Positions 40,045 to 50,906 of a stretch of 64,000 nucleotides of DNA are shown here, piece by piece. The notes under the pieces were generated by a model, which had not been told where the DNA came from, did not search any database, and was given only the letters and a program-made list of their open reading frames with translations. The stretch is taken from the NCBI GenBank assembly GCA_977030845.1, contig OZ365110.1:27032001-27096000 (forward strand), given 5' to 3'. Source of the stretch: Fimbriosthenelais zetlandica. Taxonomy: Eukaryota. The translations under genes were made by a program, and so were the position numbers. The stretch's first letter is position 1. Each line of letters starts with the position of its first letter.

Positions 40045-43000
40045 AGGGAGTCAGATCACGAAGCCATTGAAGGCAGGGGTCCAACTAGCCTGACTGTGCA
40101 TTAGGAAGTGAAGAAGGGTGACGGGCAGAAGGAAATCTTGCCTGTTCATAAATTTTTAGGGCTCAGGTAGTTGTTGGGATTTGTTGGGCAAGGGTGGACA
40201 CACATATACTTGAGATAGGCAGTGAATAAGGGTCTGATATTTACTGGGTACATATATATGCAATATGGTTCTGGGCCATGTCAAGGTCCCTAGGCAGGTA
40301 TGTAAATGAGTATGAACTGATTTATTTTCACACTTGGGTCATGAAGCAGCCTGGTTATGTCCTGTATTTTCATAGGAGGCATTACTGCCTGCCAATGGGC
40401 TTCAAATAGAGGCAGTTATGTGAAAAATGTTACGGTATGTTTGGGAGTTTTAGCCCTACTCTGGTACGAGCCTTTGTCACCCCATGCAAGGCCCTAGATT
40501 AGCAAAAGCCTGTTCATGACAAGCCGGGGACAAAAATCGAAGGCCTTGTTTTTGGACAAGATCTTTAGGAGCAGATAGGAGCAGCTGGAGGCCACGACAA
40601 GAGCAGCTCACTAGCTGCATGTAGACCAAGGCACTAATCACTCGGTGGCACACCTTACCCTTTCACTTCCCCTGACAGCTCTCTGCCAGACAACCCCTCC
40701 CCCTTACTGCTCCCAACCCAACACTTACAAGCCTTACAAGCGACCCTTCACCTCCCCCACCACCTACTGTTGATTTCCTAATACCACCCTGCCACCAACA
40801 CTCCCTGTACTGTACAAGCCCCGTATTATCACTACAGTCACGACAGGATGTGGGGAGAAAATGGTCGGATAATTCACCCCACTCCCTTCCTTATAATTCC
40901 CCCATTCTACCCGCGGTTTCATTATGGAAATGCCATGAGGATTCATTCGCAGATTATTCAATCCAGTTTCAATCATTTGGCTCGGATATTTGGCTGGAAA
41001 TTCAATATAACCACAGTATTTAATCACAATCTGGTTGGGACGCAGTTCTATGACTCATACAGCATCCATTGTTCGTTGTGAATTCTCATTTCTGCCCACC
41101 CCCCTCCCCTGCCCTTTTTCTTCTCTCATCGAAAAATATCCAGGCGCTGTCTCCTAATATTACATGTTTCCACGCTACAGCTGTCATTTTGGGCAAGGAC
41201 GACTTTTTCTGTTCGTGCATTTGGCTATTTTCCTCGCTGTAGTTGGGAAGCTAATTTCCACATTGCAAAAAATGTTCAGTCACGATTTTGTCAGAATTTA
41301 GCCAAAATATCGGGAAAATATCACGCAGTCGAAAGTCAGCAAAATACACTGCACAAATTGATAGGAGGTGGTTGTTTCGTGGAAGTATATGATATTAAGA
41401 ACTGTTCGTGATTTGGTGGCTAATGTGATTGTTTGGTCATGTAACCTGCCATAAATGACCTAAATGCCCTCAGGCTGGTTGGACCTTTCCACTCGGTTTC
41501 TGTAGGGTTAAGACCTTGTCAGAGCTGTGACACCTGATTACCTGCTACACACTCAGGCCAGCACCAATCATCAGGTCACTACTGGTCATCAGGCCTTCAC
41601 CATGCAACAATATATGTATACATGGCAACTTGCTGGCTGCTACACTGACAAAATACACTGCATATTGCAGACGTAGCTCACATTGTCTACCCCCGAGATC
41701 AACTGGGGCTTACTGAACCTAAGGTTCCCAAAATGTAAAAATAATTATTGTACTGAAATTTGTAGCCTTCAGTAAATTATGGAACCTATTACATTTGACC
41801 TGTTTTTACTACCACAGATAGATACTGGTTATTCATAATTCATCTATATACATTTTATCATTGGAGCTTTTATATAAAATATGTTTTTCCAATAGACGCT
41901 TGCAGAATTAGTTTATAGAAAGGATAAATTGCGTGTATTCCCAGTTTCCCTCATTGCAGGATGTTTTACAGTGTATACATCCCTGTGGGAAGTCATGAGG
42001 TGGCTTCCGGAAAAAGCTAATACCATTGGGAATAGGATGCGGGCAGTGGGGTCATTGAAAGTGGGCAGGGACATGGGTGATGATCTGCCTCCGAAATGTA
42101 CAGACAGATCGAGTCAGTATTACTATTTTCAACCAATATGCTCTAAATATAAATCTAACATTACATAAAAGCAGGACTTTCATAACTGAAATTAGTCAAT
42201 TTGCATCAGCATACAATCTATTTGATTGGGTCTTGTCTCTGTTGTGCGTGAGTCAGTAGTTATGATGCATAAATATTTTCTCAGACGTCAGCGAAGAAAG
42301 GTTATCTTCCTTGAGGCAACCCTGTGCATGTCAGAGCAAATATGAGATTGGCTCATTGTGCTCAGGGTCCATCTTTGATTTAACTTGACTAATGTGTAGT
42401 CAGGGGGTAGGGCTGGGAGAAGAACATGCAGGCGAAAGGGAACGTCAGAAATCAAGGCAGATGTCCAGGTTTCCCACTCACTGACAAGCCATATCCTTCC
42501 TGTCAGATTTATGCCATTTATTTCCGATCAGGTTGCAAACTGGGAATTTTCCTGCAGTGTGTCCAACTAGTTTACCGATTCTTTTGTAACACTGCTCTTA
42601 CCGACTCGTTGTAACCATTCACGAATTATGCAGAAATATTTCATTCAATCTGATCTATCTCGGGGCCTGTTTAGTGCATATCCACAGGAGAGAAAATCAA
42701 TCCATGCAGAATATTTCTCTTCTCCTGGAAATATCAATACACATGATAATTAGTTTCCAAATATCCGCAGTGGGACGCTATAGAGGCTCATGATAGACCT
42801 GCACGAAACTGCAGGCATAAAAATGGCAGCTGCTAAATGAATGGTCTCACATTACTCTCTCATATTCGCTGGAGGCTCATTCACTCCCTTCCAAAAGCCT
42901 AATATAGCATGTCTAGAGGTTACATGACTAAAAGCAGCAAAAACTACCTTCCTGCCTCAAAGGGTCGGGTAAACAAAACATTCATGTTTCTATCGGGATA

Positions 43001-43423
43001 GTCGCTGTCATGACATTCCCCTGCCAAAGCCCACAATACTTATTCATTTTATCAGCAATGTATCAGTCCAAAATGGACCTAATTGTGATACATATATCAC
43101 AAAGAATGATTCTATACCAATGTATGGTGTGCAAAATTTTACAAAATATTGGCTATACATAGAATTGAATCTCTCCATTAGTCATCTCGCTTAGCAAAAG
43201 AAATTTCTGTACACTTTCCATTTCCTTTGTTATGCGTATAATTGGATGAGAAATGTTGGACGGGAATTAATCAGCAAGACGCATAAAATATTGACATTTG
43301 TCTGGATATAATTCATGTATTTCAGTTCGAATCACAAAGGCATTGCTTTTGATGATAATTCGAAGATGCAATACTTTGAAAGTCAAAGGGGAATCTGTGG
43401 AAGTGAAATGCCAAAGGCAGAGA

Positions 43424-43985
43424 GGCAGAGACAGAAAGGGAGAGAGATAGAGACAGAATGAGAGAGGGGTAGGGGAGAGATCTGCCTCCAGAAGAAGAAA
43501 ATTTTCAAGGCACGTGAGGCTTTATTCAATTACAGAGGATGGAAAACAAAGAAGGTGGAATTAGTTAGGGTCACGCAGGAGGCAGACGAGTGGTGCGTGT
43601 GATACATTCCACTAACTGTGCCTAACATTGTACATGTCTTGATTCTGCATGTTTGAGATAGACTACGTGATAGAGATTGTGGGTTGTAGGGGATAATTAG
43701 GCATCAGAGGAAGCTATTACATATAGGTTCGCGACATAGAGAAGAAAAGAGAGGAGAGCAAGATTACATCTAGAAAGAATTAGAGAAAGGTTGGATAAAT
43801 GTAGTTTAGAAAGAAAGCAAAAATTTAACTTCAGAGAACAAAAGTAAAATGAGGCAGATAGACTGATAGGGAGAGGAGGGGAAAGATGAGACATTATAGT
43901 GACAGGGAGAGAGAGAAAGAAAGAGACGCGTAGACGAGTTGGGAAAATAGACAGATGAAGGTCCAAGGTAAAGTCAGAGACGGAA
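43424..43985 (+). repeat. two GA-rich polypurine low-complexity tracts (about 43424-43500 and 43730-43985)
   Basis: AGAG/GAGA-rich degenerate microsatellite. Boundaries approximate. Confidence 0.7.
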
Positions 43986-46900
43986 CATTATAATTCTTTA
44001 AGATAAAAATTGGCCAAAGAATCCCTGAAAACCGAAAGAAACTGGCACAGCATACCTGCAAAATCTATAAGGAGTTTTACCTGAGAGTGATTTTTACAGC
44101 TTCCTTTCTCAGCGTACAGAAACAGGTACAAATATGGGCGGGGTATCATAATATTTTACTTAGCATACTCTTCTTATGTCTCAAAGCCTGCAGTGAAATT
44201 TGAGGGGAAGTATAGAACATTCTAGTGTATCTTAGCACACCATATATTATATTCGGTTTCGCATATAGATCTCAAATATAGAAGATGAAACGAGGGATGT
44301 ATTGATATAGTGGGGAGGTGAGTGGGGTCTCTACTTTGTCTCCTGCTCAAGGAATTGGCAAGGGAGAGTGGCGCCCACATGGTCGCCATCTTGTGGACCT
44401 TGTCATCACTAAAAGTGAGCCAGTTGTCAGAGGAATGCACCTGTAACTGGCAGAGTGATATGAGTAGAGATCAAGGACATTTCTGACATCAATATATCTT
44501 CTTTCTCCTTGAGATATTTCTTCTCTTTTAGGATAATATAGTAAGCAGAGGAGTTATTTTCAAGTTTTATGTCAGGGCTTTGGCATAAATATATCTAACG
44601 TTGATTTATGGATATCCCCCAGGTTATCCAAGGTTTTCCTCAGTAGAATGGAATGAAGTTATGTATCTTCTTTTATTAAACCGAAATTCGTGAATAATAG
44701 GAAGATTTTATTACGGTAAAACTAATACTATATTTATTAGATACGTTACGATTCAAACTGCAACCTTTCTTGGCATGACTATATTACCATACTTGACTTG
44801 AAGAGCAATGAAGGCCTACATAATCTGAACACATACTGATTAAACATCCTAGAATATTTTTTTGGCACTGATATAAACTACATGGTCTACACGATGTAAT
44901 ATGTTTACACAGTACATGACGTTCATTGCAAATAACGCTCGCACATTTTGTTACCATAGCAGTAGACCAAGTGTTCCCAATAGGCCTTCCCTGAAGAGTT
45001 ATTATAGCCCTGTGAACTTCATCTGATTTGAATAAAATGGTATTATAATAGAATAAAAATAGTATCATTACTATAGGTATACATCGAACCTTTTACTAAG
45101 GGAAGCTTTTCCAGCTTGTATAAGAAATGTCTTACCATTAACTTCAAAGAGACCTGTAATGACTGACATAGGGAGACATGACTTCCTTCTGGGAATGTAC
45201 ATTCATCTCCGACCAATTCTACATCTCTCTCAGGATAATTGAGTAGCAGGGATCAGGAGTTTCTCCTCATTTAAACATGTACGTGGGAAATTGTGTGTCT
45301 CTGAGTCTATTATCGTTACTTTGATCTTTTCTTTTCATCTTGTGACGAGCAGTACCATAAAACGTCTGTACATCCCGCTACTCTCATCAGTGTGCTAAAT
45401 GTTTCTTTTAGATGACTCAAATCTGGGAAGGCATCTTTAAAAAGTATACATGAGCCACGCAGCATCGGATTTGGACTGTAGATAATTATGTAATTATGTA
45501 TAAATGTCATACGTTGTATTTCATCTGATTTAATTAATATTTTTGTTGGGTTACTCCGTTCTATATGAAACTCGCAGACAACACCAAGGTGATTGGTGTC
45601 AGTCCCATGCAAGACAGCTGCAGCTGTCAACTATCTGTCACTCCAATTCTGGATCACTGTCATATTTAGTCGAGTGTGGGATTGGTGCAATTGGGTGCTA
45701 GATGCAGTCCTTTCACCCAAGACACTCAAAATGTTAGTTTACGATTAGAATATAACAGTGCAGAAGTGAATAATGTACAATTTGTGAGATTGCTCCATAA
45801 AGGGTGCCTCCACCAACCACGACACATTTCCGACACAATATATTTGTGTCGGGAGTATGTACTTGACGTCACTAAATGAACTATTAAACCTAGTTCTTGT
45901 CAATTATGATTCAGGCATAATATAAGTTTTCTGCATGGGTTTTAGCAATGGTTCTATGGTTGATACTAGGCTGTCTAATATAACTGTACGCTCTCCTCCC
46001 ACTGACTGTGTGTGGTTTTACATTGAGAAGTGGAGGAGAAAATTCACCATTGTTCCCTGATTGATCAGCACCAGGCGGGCCCCGTTATAGAGGCAGCTTT
46101 CAATGGAGCGGAAAGAACACTTCATGTTGCTTAAACTACATCCTGCAGCCAGCGCTCCTGCATTGAAATCTCCTTTGTTTCTCGCCCTATCAATAAAAGC
46201 TCAGCTCATGGCTTTTATATTGCAAATAAATTAGCCATCAGTGAAGTATGATGAAGTGATGGCTTCATTAATGCACGCTGGGTTGTATTTTACAGTCCCT
46301 CTGAAAAATAACTCAATCCAGGCCTTGTTATATAGATTTGGGTGATAATGTGATTAATTTTACCCACAACTAAAGATTTGCTAAAATTTAATGGAACTGG
46401 ACCTGTTTCTTTTGAATTAAACCTTAGTTTAGTGGGAACAGCTCGTTCATAAATTTCCCTTATTGAATCCTTTTCCATGTCAATGCCTTGCAATCTTGTA
46501 GTCATTTTCAGGAATAATTTATGTTTTATTGGGGTTGTTCTCTGAAATGCTTTATTATGAGGTTTATAGGATTTCAATGGCAAGAGGAAAAGCCATGGGA
46601 ACAGGGAATGAGATATGGAGAATTGTAAAGAGAATGGAAATGCTCAGGCCCCAGGTGTTTGGTGGTGGAAGAAAATTCAAAATCCAGTGCCAGCTACTTT
46701 CAATTCATCCAGGGCTTTCTCCGTCTCTTGCCTAAGCCCACACCTCCTCTTCCCCTGTCGCTGAAAGGAAGATTTAGCTTCAGTGGGAGGGTGTGAAGAC
46801 ATTTCCCCCTCCCCCAAGAGGATCCATCCACTGATCCTTTGCCCGAGTTTCCAACGGCAGGCGACTGAAAATCGCCCCAAGGCGCGAGAATTAGATGGGA

Positions 46901-47929
46901 CCAAATAAACCCGCCCGGCATGAATATCTCATTTCACCACAAACAAAGGCAGCTCCCATTTGTGCCAAGAAAAGCCGCGCAGAAACTGTTATCCGGTAAT
47001 AGGGAAGAATGGAAAACAAAGGACATGATTGCTGGAGTCCACTTTTTGAAATTTTCAAGTGGCGAAAAAACATTGCAAGCTTAAAAAAGGACTGAGGGTG
47101 AGAGTGACTTTTACAATGTGGTGGCTTCACGTCTGGGGGTTATTTTATCGCTGCCAAGAATTAAATAATCTTCTGGTTCCTGGAAATTCGAGTCAGGCAA
47201 ATTTAAAAATTGCAGGGCATACAGTTATTTCTGGAAATATAAAATGATCTAATATGTTCCAGGAAATATATTATGGGTAATCCATCGGTACTTGTTTGTC
47301 ACTCATTGTTAATGAAACATAAGCTCAGTCCTTGCTTTCTCTGTGATATGTAGCTCCCATGTAGCACCATCATTCATTACATTAATGTTCACCTCACATG
47401 ATATATCACCACTTCAAAGCTGCTGGCTTATTATATATTTATACACATCCTGAGTTTCCTTGTCTGGGATTTTAATACTGGATATAGCCCATCCATCCCT
47501 GTCACTTTATCCCATGCCTCTCTTTATCACAAGCTCTCCCTTAGTCCTAAAAATAAGTACCTTGCCTTTATGTTATCCTTCAACACATTCATTTTTTTCG
47601 AATTCCTCCATGTAATTTACAAAGATATACAAAAAAATCTTATTTCCACATTATTTTCAGTTTTTTGCCACACTTCCCTTCCCTCGATGCAAATACTTGA
47701 TGAAGCAATCTCAATCATATAATCAAATGCTATTTAAAATGTGTTAAGTAAAGTACATCCATCCATTAACTCATTAAGAGGGATTAACAATTTTCTGATT
47801 AAAGCTGACAGGAATTATCTTAGTGAGTGACAGCGGTTGGGAAGTACATTCATGGCGAGCATTCAAAAATGCTTCAATCATTTTAATGGCGTTCCTCTGG
47901 ATGTAATGCAAAGGGGAGTTGTTGCAAAT

Positions 47930-47944
47930 GGGGGGGGGGGGGGG
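47930..47944. repeat. G15 homopolymer
   Basis: Seen directly. Confidence 0.9.
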
Positions 47945-48519
47945 AAATCCAGTATTATTTCTCTCCAAGCCGGAGATGTGTGGTCCAGGGGTTACTTGTG
48001 TATTTTGCTCTGGCTTATAGAATGTGTACCTCACACGTAAGCTTTTGTTACTTGAGGGGATACCACATCCATGTGACACCTCTCCTCATTTGGTAAATGG
48101 TTACCCCCTAAATCCTGTCTTTCCTCTCTCTTGCTCTTGGTTCATTAGGACCCTGGCTATCTGCAGCCCTAAGTATCTCGCCTCTTTGTGTTCCCGTGTT
48201 TATAGCATGGGCAAAAGAAGGTAGTCCAACATATATCCATTGTCCACTCTTATTGTATATACACTTCTTACTGAATATTGTCATGCTTGCACTAGGTGAT
48301 GGTTGGGAAGCAGGGTCACATTGGTAGGCTGGGTAACGTATATTTCTGTAATTAATTTCTGGGAAATCGGTCTGCTATAGAAGGGGGAGGTGGGTCCCAC
48401 CTCCATGTGGTTAAAGGAAAACCGTGGTGAATTTGTAAATTGGAGTCATTCACAAGCATATATATTTACTAACGTTTCATGGCAGTCATATTAAAACATT
48501 CCCTATCGTATATAAGCAT

Positions 48520-48672
48520 TCGCCACCCGCCAAAAGAAAATCGCATGATTTTTCCCTCTCAAACAGAGCTGACATCTTCCCGGAAGTCCCGGCGCTCAAA
48601 CACCTCGGAAGTTTTCATGGGGGGTACAAAAGAGCGGCCTCTCTTCAACTGCGCATGCGCTAGCGGAAGTTT
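48520..48672. promoter_or_regulatory. housekeeping-type promoter-like island (E2F, three ETS, NRF1)
   Basis: CCCGCCAAAA 48526-48535, CCGGAAGT 48580-48587, CGGAAGT 48606-48612 and 48664-48670, TGCGCATGCGC 48650-48660. Confidence 0.5.
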
Positions 48673-49106
48673 TGATTTTAGTGGGTCACACATGTGCTAT
48701 AGCCCTAGAGCACATTTACACACAGATCTCACTCTTCTTACTTTTTAATTTTATGCTTAGACTCACCTGCATTTGCTGGAGCAGCAAGCTCCTTAGTTTT
48801 CACGTGCTCCAGCATCGGTACTCTTTATCTTCCTTAATTAAGCCATAAGCAATCACAATTAATGCACTGACGTCTGAGTCTGTGCCTGTGGTGCCGAGTG
48901 TGAGTCTCCCCTCAAGTCAACAATGCGTCTGGTGCTCTCCACACCTACACAGTACTCTCAGTTTCCGAACTGGATTCCATGTCCTCCTCACCTTCCAACT
49001 CCTCTCCTTCTCCTACACTGCCCGTAGGTTCATATAGATAAAGCACAAATGCCGAGGAGTGGCATGAAAAATCAGAATCGCTATCACTATCCAAATATGT
49101 ATCACA

Positions 49107-49150
49107 GGTAGCCATGTTGGTTTGTTTTGGTAGCCACGTTGGTTTGTTTT
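49107..49150. repeat. 2 x 22-bp tandem repeat GGTAGCCAYGTTGGTTTGTTTT
   Basis: Units 49107-49128 and 49129-49150 differ at one base. Unit 1 carries a YY1-like GCCATGTTG. Followed by ETS sites at 49171-49177 and 49234-49246. Confidence 0.85.
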
Positions 49151-49251
49151 GGTGGCGGGGAGGTGTTTAACGGAAGTTCATTTCTTTTGTACCTCCCAGC
49201 ATTGGGTAATGAAGACTTCTGAGGTGTTTGTGAGCCGGACTTCCGGAAATA

Positions 49252-49275
49252 TTTTTTTTTTTTTTTTTTTTTTTT
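49252..49275 (-). repeat. poly(A) tail of the LINE (T24 on + strand)
   Basis: 24 consecutive T at the 3' end of the minus-strand element, with AATAAA overlapping the start of the tail on the minus strand. Confidence 0.9.
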
Positions 49276-49667
49276 ATTTATCTATATTTATACAGGAGGG
49301 GTAGAATACATGTATCCATTGAGTCCGCAAACACAGTCGGGCCGGGACCCGTTCTTCCCTGTGCTTCCTGTCCACAAACAATAAACAATAACTCGCTACT
49401 CGAGAACACAACCCCTAATATCCCATTAAATTAAATTATATACAGAATGATTTATGAGAAAATTTAAACAAAATGAGCAGAACAAACTAAAAGAAAACAA
49501 ACTTAAGAACTAAATGAACTAAAAAAAAGGACACATAAACGCGGACTAATACAGGAGACATATGAAGCTACAGAAATACAGGACGGAGAAGAAAGGTAGA
49601 AATTAATCAAAAACTAAAGGTGTACACGAAAAGTAATATGAGTCAGACAAATAATATTCAGGGGATT

Positions 49668-50906
49668 CTAATCAGGGAAAGACGAAGATTGGAGAAGAGC
49701 TCTCAGAGACCGTTTAAATCTTGGTGAATCACTAATAGACCTAAGTCCTGGGGAGAGCTTATTCCAAAAATTAACTATACTATAAATTAATGAATTTTGC
49801 GTTTTTTTAAGTTTAGGAATTGGCAATCTAATAAATGGAGCTTGTAGTGCTCTAGTTGAATGTGTAGGATTAACTATGTATGGATTTAAAAGATTAGAGT
49901 GATGTACTATCCAATGCCCCAACTTTCCCAATATGAAATCTTGCCTCACATCTAACTGCATTACATTACAGTCTTTGTATAGGGACATGACATTCGATCT
50001 TACTTCCCTTTTGAGGACAGTCCTGAGAGCTCTGTTAACCAGTCTTCCCAACTTAGTAAAGGATTTTTGTGAGACAGCAGTGTAACAATAGAGACTATAA
50101 TCGATCAGTGGAAGTATATAACTTTTGAAAAGCTGGATTGCAATGTCAGTATTAATAAACTTGCGAACCAGACACAGGAGATATACCTTGTCATTCACCT
50201 TGGATACAGTATCATTAAGGGATTGTTCAAAAGTGAGCATATTATCCAACCTAACTCCCAAGTAGTTAAAACTAGTTACCCAATTGATCAAGGTACCTGA
50301 CAGTCTAAGCTCAAAGTCTTTTAAATTCAACCCTTTTAGCAAAGAGGGAATACCAAATACCATCGCCTCTGTCTTCTTAGTATTAACGGTAAGCCTATTT
50401 TGAACTGACCAATTATATACTTTCTGAAGGTCATTTTGTAACACAGAAACTAATTGAGATGCATCATTCCCAGAGTGTACTAAAGCCACATCATCCGCAT
50501 AAAGCACAAGATCACATTCACAGTCAGTGTTAGTTATAATATCATTAACAAATAAGCTAAATAAGGTCGGCCCCAACGAGGACCCCTGCGGTACGCCGTA
50601 GGAAACGGGTGCTAACTTAGAGTATGTATCTGGTGCAATCTTAACTTGCTGTTGCCGATTAGAAAGGTAACTCTCAAAAATTTTGTAAGAAGAATCATCA
50701 AAACACAAAGTCTTAATTTTTTTAAGCAATACATTATGAGAAACGCTATCAAAAGCTTTTCTGAAGTCAATAAAACAACAGAAAGTTAACTTTGACTCGG
50801 CTTGTGACAAGTTAATCTTAGACAGCAGATGCGTAATTGCATTAACAGTACCCCTGCCTTTTCTAAAACCATATTGTGCGTTAGCGAGGATATTATTAGA
50901 CTCCAT
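49668..50906 (-). CDS. LINE ORF2 fragment: reverse transcriptase domain plus C-terminal region (no endonuclease, N-terminally truncated)
   Basis: 412-aa uninterrupted ORF with non-LTR RT motifs QYGFRKGRGT, FIDFRKAFDSVSH, GVPQGSSLGPTLF, LYADD and FNYLGV. The C-terminal FWNKLSPGLR..S..RFKRSL is typical of CR1-group elements. The start Met is probably internal to the original ORF2. Confidence 0.9.
   Translation of the reverse strand: MESNNILANAQYGFRKGRGTVNAITHLLSKINLSQAESKLTFCCFIDFRKAFDSVSHNVLLKKIKTLCFDDSSYKIFESYLSNRQQQVKIAPDTYSKLAPVSYGVPQGSSLGPTLFSLFVNDIITNTDCECDLVLYADDVALVHSGNDASQLVSVLQNDLQKVYNWSVQNRLTVNTKKTEAMVFGIPSLLKGLNLKDFELRLSGTLINWVTSFNYLGVRLDNMLTFEQSLNDTVSKVNDKVYLLCLVRKFINTDIAIQLFKSYILPLIDYSLYCYTAVSQKSFTKLGRLVNRALRTVLKREVRSNVMSLYKDCNVMQLDVRQDFILGKLGHWIVHHSNLLNPYIVNPTHSTRALQAPFIRLPIPKLKKTQNSLIYSIVNFWNKLSPGLRSISDSPRFKRSLRALLQSSSFPD

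Noticed and set aside
47177-47265. Two TTCCNGGAA STAT-type sites 80 nt apart
   Set aside because: Short motif in an AT-rich context with no supporting cluster; compatible with chance.
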